Assembly: GCA_963844945.1 (NCBI GenBank) | Contig: CAWJQZ010000019.1 | Span: forward strand, 48,775-112,774 | DNA from: an uncultured Chloroflexia bacterium | GTDB taxonomy: Bacteria > Chloroflexota > Limnocylindria > Limnocylindrales > CSP1-4 | Reading direction: 5' to 3' | DNA length: 64,000 bases | Shown here: positions 1 through 11,233 of the stretch, one piece after another | Numbering within the stretch: position 1 is the stretch's first letter | How the letters are laid out: every line of letters begins with the position of its first letter | Translations under genes and position numbers: made by a program | Notes under the pieces: generated by a model | Told to the model about the DNA's origin: nothing | What the model saw: the letters and a program-made list of their open reading frames with translations, nothing else | Databases searched by the model: none

Positions 1-1811
1 GAGCGGGCGACGCGGCGTGTTCATCCAGACGTCCACGCCCTGGACCAGGTAGCGCGCGATGCGCATGTCGTAGTCCTCGACCATGAAGACGCGCCCGCGG
101 AGCCGGTCGCCGCGCGACCGGCCGAAGATCTCCTGGATCACCTGCTGGCCCGGTCGGTCGGCGGGGTGCGCCTTGCCCGCGAAGATGAACTGGACCGGGC
201 GGTCGGGGTCGTCGAGGAGCCGGGAGAGCCGGTCCATGTCGCGGAAGATGAGGCTCGCGCGCTTGTAGGTCGCGAAGCGCCGCGCGAACCCGATCGTGAG
301 CGCGTTCGGGTCGAGCTCGGTCTCGAGCTCCGTCAGCACCGAGGGCGCCTCGCCGTGGCGCGCGAACTGCCGGATGAGCCGGCCGCGCGCGAAGTGCATG
401 AGGTCGCGCTTCTGGCGCAGGTGCGCCTCCCACAGGTCCTTGTCCGGGAGCTTGCCCGACCTTGTCCCAGAAGCGGGACGCGTTCGTGCGGCCGTCGAGG
501 TCGTCCAGGTCCGCGGCCGAGGTACTTCTCGTACAGCTGGCGCATGGGGCTGCCCACCCAGGTGGGCGCGTGGACGCCGTTCGTCACCGCGAGGATCGGC
601 TGCGCCAGGATCGGCTGCCAGGTGGCGTTCGCCGTGTGCGCGTGGAGGCGGCTCACCGCGTTCGCGCCGTTCGTCAGGCGGAGCGAGAAGGCGGTCATGT
701 CGAACTGGCCGCGGTCGCCCTCCACGCCGAGCCCGTGCTCGAGGATGTCGCCGATCGGGACCCCGCCGGTGCCGGGGCGCCCGTCACCGTCGAAGAGGGG
801 CCCGGCGACACGCCGGACGAGGTCGGCATCGAAGCGCTCGTTGCCCGCCGAGACCGGCGTGTGGATGGTGAAGACGCTGTCGCGCCGCACCGCGGCGAAG
901 GCGTCCGTCGACGGCCGCGCCCTTCGCGACCATCTCGCGCGTCCGCTCCGCGAGGAGGAACGCGGAGTGGCCCTCGTTGAGGTGCCACACGGACGGCGTG
1001 ATCCCCAGCGCGCGCAGCGCGCGGACACCGCCGACGCCGAGGACCAGCTCCTGGTGGAGGCGCATCTCGCGGCCGCGGACGTAGAGGATGTGGGTGATCG
1101 GCCGGTCGGCGTCGTCGTTCTCCGGGATGTCCGTGTCGAGCAGGAGCACGGGCGTCCGCCCGACCTGCGCCCGCCAGACCGCGGCGGTCACCGTCCGGCC
1201 GGGCAGCTCCACGGGGACGCTTGAGCGGGTCGCCGTTGGCGTCGGCGACGGGGAGGATCGGGAGCGTCGTCGGGTCGTAGTCCGGGTACGCGTGCTCCTG
1301 GTGCCCGTCGGCGTCGATCGTCTGGTTGAAGTAGCCCTTGCGGTAGAGCAGGCCGACCCCGACGAAGGGGATCGCCATGTCGCTCGTCGTCTTCGTGTGG
1401 TCGCCCGCGAGGACGCCGAGGCCGCCGGAGTAGATGCCCAGGGTCTCGGTGAAGCCCGTACTCGGCGCAGAAGTACGCGATGGGGCCGGGGAGCTCGTGG
1501 CCGTGGCGTCGCGGGAACCAGTGGTCCGACCCGCCCGCCATGTAGGCGTCGAACCGGCCGAGGAGCTCGTCGTACTCGGCCATGAAGCGGGGATCGCTCA
1601 GGAGCGACGACCAGTCGACGCTCGCCTGGAGCGCGCGCACGGGGCTGTGATGGCGCGACCACGCCTGCGGGTCGAGGCGCGCGAACATCTTGCGCGCCTC
1701 CGGGTGCCACGCCCACCAGAGGTTGTAGGCGAGGCGGTGCAGGCCGGCGAGCTGCGGGGGGATGCGGAAGGCAGGACCCGGAAGGGTCGGGACCGAGACG
1801 AGAGGCTCCAT
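1..1811 (-). CDS. glgP: alpha-glucan phosphorylase (GlgP family, DUF3417-type N-terminus); C-terminus runs off the window edge; at least 3 frame disruptions
   Basis: N-terminal peptide MEPLVSVPTLPGPAFRIPPQLAGLHRLAYNLWWAWHPEA at 1811 reading leftward. Downstream pieces in other frames carry VFTIHTPVSAGNERF and LAVTNGVHAPTWVG..MRQLYEKYLG phosphorylase motifs. Frames switch near 1190, 1030 and 700. Confidence 0.75.
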
Positions 1812-1953
1812 GTCGGCCGGATGATAGCGCCGCCGGCGCGCCGCGTGTGAACCGGTTTAGTAGGCCGGCGCGCCGGGCCGCTCCGCGGCCCTCGTCGACG
1901 GCGACGGCCGGCGCCCGGCCCGCGGTGCCGCGCGCGGCGGGTACCATGGCGCC

Positions 1954-3423
1954 GTGCGCGTGACCATGGTCGCCTCCGAATGCGAGCCGTGGGCCAAGAC
2001 AGGGGGCCTCGGCGATGTCGTGGATGCGCTCGCCCGCGCCCTCGGCACGGGCCGGGGACGCCGGAGCCGCGCGTCGACGGTCCCGTCGACGTCTTCCTCC
2101 CGCGCTACCGGCCCATCTCCGTCCCGTCCGACGCGCCCGCCCGCGAGGTGCGCGTCCCGGATCCCACCGCCGCGGACGGCGCCACCGACGTGACGATCCG
2201 GACGGTCGACGGCGACGGCTACCGGCTCCGGCTCGTGGACCTCCCCGCCGCGTTCGACCGGGACGGCTACTACGGGACGGCCGCCGGCGACCACGTGGAC
2301 AACGCCTGGCGGTTCGGGATGCTCTGCCGCTCGGCGCTCGAGACGATCCGCGTCGAGGCGCGCCCGGTGGACATCGTCCACGCGCACGACTGGCAGGGCG
2401 CGCCGGCGATCCTCTACCGCGACGCGTGGTACTGGGGCGACTTCACCCTGGGTCGGACCGCGTTCGTCCTGACGATCCACAACCCCGCGTACCACGGCTG
2501 GACGCACGCGCCCGACGCCTGGACCCTCGGACTGCCGGGCGGGTTCGGCGACGCGTACGGCATCGACCTCCTCCGGACCGGGATCCAGCGGGCGGAGATG
2601 GTCAACACGGTGAGCCCCACGTTCGCCCGCGAGGTGCGGACCCCGGAGATGGGGATGGGCCTCGACTGGGCGCTCGCCGCCCGCGGCGACCGGTTCATCG
2701 GCATCCTCAACGGGATCGACACCGCGATGTTCGACCCGGCCACGGACGCCGCGCATCGCCGCGACGTACGGCCCGGGCGACATGAAGGGCAAGGACGCCT
2801 GCCGGGCGGCCCTCGCGCGCCGAGCTCGGGCTTCGACGCGGACGACGACGGACCCATCGCCGGGGCCGTCGGGCGGCTCGACCCGCAGAAGGGCTTCGAC
2901 CTGGTGGCCGACGCGGCCGACCGGATCGTCGCGGCCGGCGCGCGCCTGGTGGTGCTGGGCTCCGGCGACCCGACGATCGCGGCCCGCCTTCGCGCGGTCG
3001 CGGCCGCGCGCCCGGGCCGCATGGCCGTTCGCGAGACGTTCGACCGCGACCTCGCGCGCCGCATCTACGCCGGCTCGGACCTCTTCCTCATGCCGTCGCG
3101 GTTCGAGCCGTCCGGGCAGTCGCAGATGATCGCGATGCGGTACGGCACCCCGCCGGTGGTCCGCGCGACGGGCGGCCTCGCGGACTCGGTGATCGACGCG
3201 GACGCGGATCCGGCGGCCGGGACGGGCTGGACCTTCACCGACCCGTCCGGCGACGCGCTCGCCGAGGCGGCGCAGCGCGCCATCGCGGCGCGGACCGCGG
3301 CCGACACGGCGGCATGGGACGCGGTGGTCGCGCGCGGGATGGCGCACGACTGGTCCTGGGAGGCCGGGCCCGCTGCGCGGCTACCTGGAGATGTACGCCC
3401 GGGCGATCGACGCCCGCCGGTAG
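1954..3423 (+). CDS. glgA: glycogen synthase (ADP-glucose type) with at least 2-3 frame disruptions
   Basis: MRVTMVASECEPWAKTGGLGDVVDAL (KTGGLGDV motif) at 1954. Continuation in the other frame carries IVHAHDWQ, PSRFEPSGQSQMIAMRYGTPPVV and a C-terminal LRGYLEMYARAIDARR ending at TAG 3421-3423. Confidence 0.8.
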
Positions 3424-3499
3424 GTCGCGCCCTTCGCCTGCGTCGGCCCCGCCGGGCTGGTGTGTCCGGAACGCCGCCCGCCCTCGGCCGGCCCGCCCG

Positions 3500-4270
3500 T
3501 CAGGGCAGGCGCGTCGCCGCGAGGATCCCCCGGATGAGGCAGAACGACTCGCCGTCCGCCGCGATGCGGAACGTCTCGCGCGCGCGCGGCGGCGCCTCGG
3601 TCAGCAGCCGTCGCGCGGCCGCCTCCCGCCAGGGGGCGGTCCGCGAGCGCGCGAACCAGTCGGCGGAGACCAGCTCGATGGGCTCCGTCTCGGCGACCTC
3701 CACGCGGAACCCCGCGGCCGTCGAGGATCCGCTCCCACTCGGCCATCGTGATGGTCGCGGCCGTGGCTGGGGTCGCGGAGCAGCTCCACGGCGTTGATGA
3801 ACGAGTCGAGCGCGGGGTCCGCGGGTGCCACGGTGTCCACGACGACGATCCGGCGCGCCCGGTCGGAGGACGCGCGCCGCCTCGGCGATCCCCGCCGGGC
3901 ACGTCCGGCCCAGTGGTGCGCCGAGACGCGGCTCACCGCGGCGTCGAACGACGCGTCGGGGTAGGGGAGCGCCCGCACGTCGCAGGCGCGGAACGCGATG
4001 TTCGCGATCCCGCGCTCGGCCGCGAGGAGCGCCGCCTGCTCGAGCATCTCCGGGACGAGGTCGATCGCCTCCACCCGCGCCACGTGCGGCGCGATGCGCA
4101 CGGCCGAGTGGCCGGCGCCCGTCCCCAGGTCGATCGCGCACCTCGTCCCCGCGCGGCGCGAGGAGCTCGACCATCCGGTCGAGGTCGGCGCCGGTCGCGT
4201 GGACCTTCGACGTGCGGTAGGCGGCCGCGACGGCCGCGTACTGGTCGCGGACGACGGCCGTCGGGTCCGT
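3500..4270 (-). CDS. class I SAM-dependent methyltransferase (frame-disrupted)
   Basis: DQYAAVAAAYRTSKVHATGADLDRMVELL in one frame and IDLGTGAGHSAVRIAP...ANIAFRACDVRALPYPDASFDAAVS in another. The frameshift lies near 4130. Confidence 0.55.
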   Translation of the reverse strand, partial: TDPTAVVRDQYAAVAAAYRTSKVHATGADLDRMVELLAPRGDEVRDRPGDGRRPLGRAHRAARGAGGGDRPRPGDARAGGAPRGRARDREHRVPRLRRAGAPLPRRVVRRRGEPRLGAPLGRTCPAGIAEAARVLRPGAPDRRRGHRGTRGPRARLVHQRRGAAPRPQPRPRPSRWPSGSGSSTAAGFRVEVAETEPIELVSADWFARSRTAPWREAAARRLLTEAPPRARETFRIAADGESFCLIRGILAATRLP

Positions 4271-4299
4271 CGTCCGTCGCTCACGGCTCGGGCCCCGCC

Positions 4300-4985
4300 T
4301 GCGTCGAGGTACGTGCCGTGGTCCGGGTCGAGCGTCCGGCGTCGCACGTCGTCGTCGACCCACGCGAGGTGGTCGTCGACGCGGAGGACTCCGCCGACGC
4401 CCTGCGCGACCGCGACGATCGTCTCGGCGAGCGACCGGCGCTCCAGCGTCCCTGCGAGTCGCACGACGCCGTCACGGACCTCGACCTCGAGGACCCCGGG
4501 CTCCGGCGCGACCGAGGTCTTGGCCGCGATCTCGGACGCGACCGCGGCGGCGAGGTCGGCGTCGGACCGCGTGAAGACGCGGACGAGGTCCGCGCGGGTG
4601 ACGATCCCGACGAGCCTCCCGTCCTCCACGACGGGGAGTCGGTTGATGCCGCGCCGGACCATCGTGTCGGCGGCGTCGCGGACGCTGGCGTCCGGCCCGA
4701 TCGTCACCGCCGGCGACGTCATCGCCTCGCCCGCGGTCCGCGCGGTCGCCTTCGGCGAAGGCCTGCGCCCGAGGAGGCGCGCGATGGCGCCCCCGCCCGT
4801 CGCGGCGCCGGCGTCGTGCGCGAGGAAGTCGGCCTCGGAGACGACGCCGAGCACCCAGCCGTCCTTCCCGACGACCGGGATCCCCGAGACCTTCCGCGAG
4901 ACGAGGAGCTGCGCGACCTCGCGGAGAGGCCGGTCCGGCGTGACGGAGATCACGTCGACGGTCATCACCTCGCGCACGCGCATCT
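4300..4985 (-). CDS. CBS-pair plus BON domain protein
   Basis: MRVREVMTVDVISVTPDRPLREVAQLLVSRKVSGIPVV and RRGINRLPVVEDGRLVGIVTRADLVRVF (two CBS motifs), then VRDGVVRLAGTLERRSLAETIV (BON-like). The 3-prime end is unclear because the frame runs into the methyltransferase. Confidence 0.55.
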
Positions 4986-5259
4986 CTCGCGTCCCTCCCC
5001 TGGCCCGGCGACCGGGCATCCGGCCCGGCGCGCGCGGCAATCATCCCACTCGGCGATCCCCCGGTGAGCCGCAGGTGATCCGACGTCGATAGCCTCTCCG
5101 TCGGGAGGGCCTCGCTCCGCACCGCGCCAGGTCGGGGGGAGCGGGCCAGCGGGCGTCGGGGCTCCATCCCACCGCCGTCCGCCGGGTCACGGGCACACGC
5201 TCAGGCCCGGCGGACGGCCTGCGCCCGGGCCGCCGCACGTGGCACGGCACCCCTGGGGA

Positions 5260-6498
5260 TCAGGGTCGGTCGCCACCCAGCAGCGCGGTCGCGATCGCGT
5301 CGCACGCGTGCTCGACGATCGCGAAGCCCTCTTCGAGCGTCGGGTCCCGGTCGGTGTAGACGGCGATGACGTACGTGCTGCCGTCGAGCGTGACGATCCC
5401 CGAGGAGTTCATCACCCAGAGGCCGTCCGGGCCGGTGACCCAGCCGACCTTCATCGCGACGTCCGCGCCCTCCGGCGCGGTGGAGCCGACGCCCACCCGA
5501 TGCTCGGGGATGACGTGCCGCATGAGGTCGAGCGCGTACTTCGTGTGCTTCGCGTTGAGGAGCTTCCCCTTCTGGAGGAGCGTCAGCACGGCCACCTGCG
5601 CCCCGGGGGTGATCGTGCTCCAGCCCCACCCGCGCCACGAGGGCGAGGCGTCGAGGCCGCTGACGCCGATCCGCTTCATGTAGGCGGTCAGGCCGGGCGC
5701 GTCGCCGAGGAGGCTGTAGAAGTAGCCGGCCGCGTCGTTGTCCGACCGCGTGATCATCGCGGTCATGAGCGCGCGCTCCGCCGCCGTGGGCTCGCGGTGC
5801 TTCTTCTCGAGCGTCGAGAGGAACCAGGTGAGGACTCGACCTTGATCGAGCTCGCGATGAGGTACGGCCGGCCGGCGTTGTGCGTGTAGATCATGCCGCG
5901 CGAGAGGTCCCGGACCTCGACGCCCGCGCGCGTCCCGAACGATCGCAGGTACCGGTAGAGGTCGGCGTCGAGCGCGTCGATGGAGGCTGCCGCGACGCGG
6001 TCGGGCTTCGTGCGCGTGACCGACGCGAGGGGGACCCACGCGGTCCCGCTCCTGCCGGGCGTCGCCCAGCGGGCCTCGGCCCAGGTCTTGCCCGCGACGA
6101 CGCGCGATCCCGACGTGAGGTCCAGCGGGAAGGCCTTCCCGACGTGCGCCACCGCGCTCGCGGCGTCGCCCGCCCGCAGCGAGGAGCGCGAGCGATCGGG
6201 TCGTCCATGCCGGCCCCTCCGCGATGGCGGGTGCAGGCGTGGGCGTGGGTGCGGGCGACCCGGACGGCGTGGCGCTCGGGGCCGGCGAGGAAGTCGGGGC
6301 CGGCGATGCGGCCGCGATGAGGACCGGCGCGGGAGCCGCGCCTCGTCCTGTCCCGTCGGGGCCCGCGACGATCCCGGCCACGGCGGGGCTGCAGCCGCCG
6401 AGGAGCAACGCCGCCAGTGCCAGGACCGCGATCCGTGTCCGCGGGGTGGCACCCGCCGCGCGGGCGGACCTCTCCGCCCCTCCTCGGACTCCCGTCAT
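5260..6498 (-). CDS. serine hydrolase / class-A beta-lactamase-like lipoprotein (frame-disrupted near 5800)
   Basis: Lipobox LLLGGCSP with a Pro/Ser/Thr-rich linker. YLIASSIKV (SxxK) in one frame and beta-lactamase-fold C-terminal region RSDNDAAGYFYSLLG...KVGWVTGPDGLWVMNSSGIV in another. Confidence 0.55.
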   Translation of the reverse strand: MTGVRGGAERSARAAGATPRTRIAVLALAALLLGGCSPAVAGIVAGPDGTGRGAAPAPVLIAAASPAPTSSPAPSATPSGSPAPTPTPAPAIAEGPAWTTRSLALLAAGGRRRERGGARREGLPAGPHVGIARRRGQDLGRGPLGDARQERDRVGPPRVGHAHEARPRRGSLHRRARRRPLPVPAIVRDARGRRGPGPLARHDLHAQRRPAVPHRELDQGRVLTWFLSTLEKKHREPTAAERALMTAMITRSDNDAAGYFYSLLGDAPGLTAYMKRIGVSGLDASPSWRGWGWSTITPGAQVAVLTLLQKGKLLNAKHTKYALDLMRHVIPEHRVGVGSTAPEGADVAMKVGWVTGPDGLWVMNSSGIVTLDGSTYVIAVYTDRDPTLEEGFAIVEHACDAIATALLGGDRP

Positions 6499-6683
6499 GA
6501 ACCCCCCGACCCTGCGGCGTGGCGCGCCGTGCTTGCGGCGTCCCTTACAGCAAACCCGCCCGCCCGTCCCCGCGCATCACCCGCCGCGGGTGAGACGGGT
6601 GGGGCTCGTCGAGTCGAGTGGCGTCGGCGTGCCGCGCTTGGCTCCCGGATGCGCTCGGCACCGAGACGTGCCACCATCCTCCC

Positions 6684-8307
6684 ATGTCTCACCCCGGCGC
6701 GCCGCGCCTCGCTCGCCGGATCCCGGCCCTGCTCGGTGCCGCTCTCGTCTCGGTCGCCCTCGCGGCCTGCGGGGCGTCCGGCGGCGACCCCGCTCGGCCC
6801 ATCGCGAGCCCTGCGGCGATCCCGGCAGCGAGCCCCGTCACGCCGGGCGCGGTCCGCGGCCGCACTGCCCGCAGCGAGCCCTGGGGCGGCCGCGGTCGCG
6901 GCGGCCGAAGCCGTCCCCTTCGTGGTGGTCCGCGACTTCCGGAGCACCACCACCGCCGTCGACCTGGACGACATCCGCGCCGCGCTCGCCGGCTCCGGTG
7001 GGTACGGCGCCCTGGAGCTCGTGAAGTCGGACGCGAGCGCCCTGCTCGCCGCGCTCGGGCTCGACGCCGCGGCCGCGGATCACCTGGTCCTGGCGAAGTC
7101 GGCCGCGGCCCTCGCGAAGGACCTCGCGAAGCACCGCGACCGCCTGGGGCTGCTGCGCGCCACCGAGGTGGGGCCGGGCGTGCGGGCGCTCGCCTGGGGG
7201 AAGCGGTCGCTCTTCGGCGTGGATCGCGTCCGCGACCTCGCCGACTGGCCCCTGACCGCGCAGCTGCCGGTGCGCGACGGGGACGCGCCGTTCGACCCGT
7301 CCGCCGTCTGGACGATGGTGGCGGCGGGCGACGTCATGCTCGACCGCGGGGTCAACCGCGAGGTCGTCCAGCGCGGCCGGGGGATCGACTTCCCGTTCGA
7401 CGGCGGGACCGCGAAGATCGTCGGCCGCACGTGCTGCTCGTCCATGGGGTGGGCGCTCCCGCGGACCGTCCGCACGGGTGACGCGGGCGCGGTGCGCGAC
7501 CTGCTCGCCGGGGCGGACCGGTCGATCGTCAACCTCGAGGGGCCCGCGCCGGATCACGCGTCGTACCACGGCGAGGGGACCAGCTTCAGCTTCCGCCAGG
7601 ACCTCCTCGGCGGGCTCGCGAACGCGGGGATCGACATCGTCTCGCTCGCGAACAACCACATCGGCGACGCCGGCCGCGCGGGGATCCTCCAGACGGTCGC
7701 CGAGCTCGACAGGATCGGCATCGACCATGCGGGTGCGGGTGCCTCCGCCAAGGCCGCGCGGACCCCCGTGGTCTTCACGGCCGCCGGCGTCCGGGTCGCG
7801 GTGCTCGGGTACGACGCGATCGCCCCGGGCTACGCCGCGAGGACCGGGACGCCGGGCTCCGCCGTCCTCTCGGTCCACGACTACGCCGCGGACATCCGCG
7901 CGGCGCGCAAGGCGGGCGCGGACGTGGTGATCGTCTATCCGCACTGGGGCGTCGAGTACCGGGCGAAGGCGACGGCGGCACAGCGGGCCTGGGCGCACGA
8001 CATGATCGACGCCGGCGCGGACCTCGTCATCGGCAACCACGCGCACTGGGCCGCCGCGATGGAGGTCTACCGAGGGAAGCCGATCTGGTACGCGCTCGGG
8101 AACTTCGTGTTCGACCAGACGTGGTCGGAGGAGACGGAGGAAGGGCTGGTCCTCGAGCTCACGTTCCGCGGGTCCACCCTCGTCCAGGCGCGGATGCACC
8201 CGACCGTCATCCTCGACTCGAGCCAGCCGAACCTGCTCGATGCCAGGTCCGGGAAGATCGTGATGGACCGCGTCTACGAGGGATCGGGCGGCCTGCTGCG
8301 CTGGTGA
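6684..8307 (+). CDS. CapA/PgsA-family metallophosphatase lipoprotein (one frame disruption near 6880)
   Basis: Lipoprotein signal MSHPGAPRLARRIPALLGAALVSVALAACG. Long ORF carries ...VNLEGP...SLANNHIGDAGRAGIL...VIGNHAHWAAAMEVYRGKPIWYALGNFVFDQ, typical of the CapA family. Confidence 0.7.
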
Positions 8308-8328
8308 GGTCGCGCCCCGGCCGTACGG

Positions 8329-9057
8329 TCAGGCGGGTCGGCGCAGCACGAGGGGCCCCGGCCGCGCCTCGGGGGTGCTCCCCGCCCGGCGGGCGCTCCG
8401 TGCCGCGATCGAGAGGAAGATCCGGTACGTGGTGAGGAAGACGACCGCCACGGCGCTCCCCGCGTAGATCGCGAACGCCCACGGCGTGGTGGTGTCCGTC
8501 CCCGAGAGGATCCCGTGCGCGGTCGCGCCCACGAACGCGAGGAACGAGACGTAGTGGAACGCCCGCCACGCTCGCTGCCCGATGCGGCGCCGCGCGTAGA
8601 AGCTGAGCGTCACGAGGACCACCGCGTAGAAGGCGAGCTGCCCGATCCCCACCGCGATCGGCCGGTACGGCGACGCGAACGGGAGGAGCAGGTCCGCGAG
8701 GGTGAAGTGGATCGTCCGGTCGAGCCCGAGCAGGGCGCCGTGGATCCCCGCGAGCCCGAGGCCGATGGCAGCGAGCTCCTGGTGCAGCGCGAAGCTCACC
8801 GGGCGGTGGGCGATCGCGTCGAGGATCTTCGTCGAGAGCAGCAGCCCGTAGACCACGGAGCCCGCGATCGCCAGGTACGCGACGAATGCGGTGACGCGCG
8901 ACGAGATCCACGGCAGCTTCTCGGGCGTCGCGACGGCGAGCGTCGCGAGCCCCGCGGCCGCGGCCGGGAGGGTGAGCGCCAGCACGGCGCCGGCTGCGAG
9001 GCCGATGACGAGCGCGATGGCGATGCGAGCGGGCAGCGGGAGGCCGCGGTACGTCAT
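8329..9057 (-). CDS. ferric-reductase-like transmembrane domain protein
   Basis: Polytopic membrane ORF starting MTYRGLPLPARIAIALVIGLAAG. His-containing TM helices (HQELAAIGLGLAGIHGALL, HYVSFLAFVGATAHGIL). Lies next to ApbE. Confidence 0.5.
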   Translation of the reverse strand: MTYRGLPLPARIAIALVIGLAAGAVLALTLPAAAAGLATLAVATPEKLPWISSRVTAFVAYLAIAGSVVYGLLLSTKILDAIAHRPVSFALHQELAAIGLGLAGIHGALLGLDRTIHFTLADLLLPFASPYRPIAVGIGQLAFYAVVLVTLSFYARRRIGQRAWRAFHYVSFLAFVGATAHGILSGTDTTTPWAFAIYAGSAVAVVFLTTYRIFLSIAARSARRAGSTPEARPGPLVLRRPA

Positions 9058-10040
9058 GCGAGCAGCTCCGATGTGCGGGGGAGCGCGACGACGCGCCCAT
9101 CGCTGAGGAGGAGGATGGCGCCGAGCGCGCCGGCACGGTCGAGGAAGTCGAGTCCGTAGGCGGCGCCGAGGACGACGGCGGTCTTCGCCAGTGCCTCGGC
9201 GACGCGCGCCGAGCCCGCGATGGTCGTGCACTGGACCACGTCCGTCGATGCCGGCCGGCCGGTCCGTGGGTCGATGAGGTGGTGCGTCTCGCCGGCTGCT
9301 CCGCGCCAGCGATGGACCGACGTGCCCGAGGTCGCCACGCCCCAGCGGGACCGGCCGTGCTCGGCCGCGAGGACCAGGACGGCGAGCCGTCGCCCGTCCT
9401 CACGGGGGTCGTCCACCGCGACGTCGATCGTCTCCCCGGGCGCGAGCCGCACGGCGAGTCGCCGTCGGCATCCACGATGGCACCCGGGTGTCGTGACGCG
9501 AGGGCGAGGGCACGGTCGGCGATCCACCCCTTCGCGAGGCCGTCGAGGTCGAACCGCAGGCCCGGCTCACGCTCGACGGACGCGGTCCCGACGCGCGTCG
9601 TGCCCGGCGCAGGGATGCGCAGATGCCACGACCGGGAGGTCGGCGAGCCGCACCGGACGCGGCGTCCCCGGCGTCGTGCGGGCGCGCGCCTCCGCGGCCC
9701 ATTCGGCGGCGAGGCGCTCGTCCAGGAGCGTGGGGTCCACGATGCCGCCGGTCAGCTCCGCGGCGTCGCGCGCCCAGGAGAGCGCGGCGGCGAGGGTCGG
9801 GCCCACCGGGACCTCGGGTCGCGGATCGCGGTTCAGCCGGACCAGGTCGGAGTCCTCGCCGCGGCGCGTCAGCATGGCCGCCCACGCGCGCACGCGCCGG
9901 CGATGCGCATCTCGCGCCGCGCCTCCGCCTCGCGGCCCGCCTGCGTGGTCCGCGGAGGACGAGGCGCCCGCCCATCGCGGTGGAGGCGTGCAGCAGCGGC
10001 ACGAGGTCGACCGCCGCGCGGCGGACGCGCGGCGGCCTCG
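9054..10040 (-). CDS. apbE: ApbE-family FAD:protein FMN transferase (at least 2 frame disruptions)
   Basis: DSDLVRLNRDP, RFDLDGLAKGWIADRAL and HHLIDPRTGRP motifs found in three different frames on the minus strand. Confidence 0.65.
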
Positions 10041-10051
10041 CACGGTCACGG

Positions 10052-10350
10052 GATCACGACGCGCCCCGACTGGGTGGTCGTGACGACGACGACGCGCTGC
10101 TGGACCTGCTGGGGCGGCGCCGGCACCGGCGTGGCGTACACGACCTTGCGCGGCGGCGGCGTCGCGTCCGAGGGGATGGTCACGTACTGCGTGACGTGCC
10201 GGACGGGGACGGCCGCGCCTGGGGCGCGGCGGTCGCGCTCGGCGCGGCGGCCGGAGCGGCCGCGGCGGTCGCCCCGGCCGAGGCGCCGCCGGCGATCGCC
10301 GCGATGATCGCGGTCGTCGCGGCCGCGCCGGCCATCCCGATCGCGAGGCG
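10052..10350 (-). CDS. small membrane-anchored Pro-rich protein (hypothetical)
   Basis: MAGAAATTAIIAAIAGGASAG TM anchor followed by YVTIPSDATPPPRKVVYATPVPAPP... after a frame switch. GC3-rich codons. Confidence 0.25.
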
Positions 10351-10539
10351 CGCGGGCGTGGCATCCGGCTTCGAAGCGCGCGGCGCGCCTCCGGGCGACG
10401 AGGAGCCGCGGCCGCGACGGGCCGGGCCGGGCGGCTGCGACGGCCGGTCGTCGGGCGGGTCGCCGGGGGGTCAGTCGTCGGCCGCCGCGTCCCTGATGGA
10501 GCGGGGGCGCCCGGGGTCACGAGGATCGCGCACCGACAT

Positions 10540-11036
10540 CAGTCGTCGCCCCCGCCTTCGCCGCCCTCGTCGCCTTCGCCGCCCTCTCGCTCGCCGCCGC
10601 TCGCGTCCTGGGGACGACGCGGACGACCTTCACGGGCGGGCGGGTGGGCGCCGCGGCGGCCGGCGCAGGGACCACGATCGGTCGGGGTTCGCGGTCGGCG
10701 CGGGTGCGTGGACGTAGACGGTGTCCACGACCACCTGCTCCGTGGGTGCGGGGGTGGCGGCGTCGGCGACGCTGCAACGGTGGTCACGGCCGCGACGCGT
10801 CAGGGGCGGGGATCCGGTGGTCGTCGCGACCGCGAACGCGGCGACGAGCGTCGCGCCGGACGCGACACCTGCGGCGACGAGGGCGGCGACCGGGCCGGGC
10901 CGGTCGCGGAGCCGCGGGACGGCGCGCCGGGCCGGCCGGGCGAGAGGAGGCGCCCGGGCCGGCCGCGGCGGCGGCGGAGGAGGAGGGAGGGGAGGAAGCC
11001 TCCCTCGGGTCGAGGATGTCGTCGTTCATGGTCCAC
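10540..11036 (-). CDS. hypothetical membrane-anchored protein (anti-sigma-like topology?), frame-disrupted
   Basis: MNDDILDPREASS... cytoplasmic start, TM segment GPVAALVAAGVASGATLVAAFAVA in an alternate frame, Pro/Ala-rich C-terminus. Weak. Confidence 0.2.
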
Positions 11037-11233
11037 CAGATCGGTTCGTCGGTTTCTCGTGGGCCGCCCCGGCGAGGCCGGCAGGGGAGGGGGATCGTCC
11101 GTACCGGCCCCGCGCCGGGGCGACCCAGCGAGACGCAGTGTCCGCCGGCCGATGAGGCGGTCCTTTGAGGCGGATGAGCGTTCCCACAGGAAGGCGGTCC
11201 GGCGGTTGACGCGGCGGCGCGGCGCCCCCGACG

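Noticed and set aside
5041-5250. Short ORFs (69-145 aa) in the 5.0-5.3 kb gap and elsewhere (for example 5201-5638 minus, 5239-5889 plus)
   Set aside because: They overlap the beta-lactamase-like gene or lie in a GC-rich intergenic region, and have no motif, start context or codon periodicity support.
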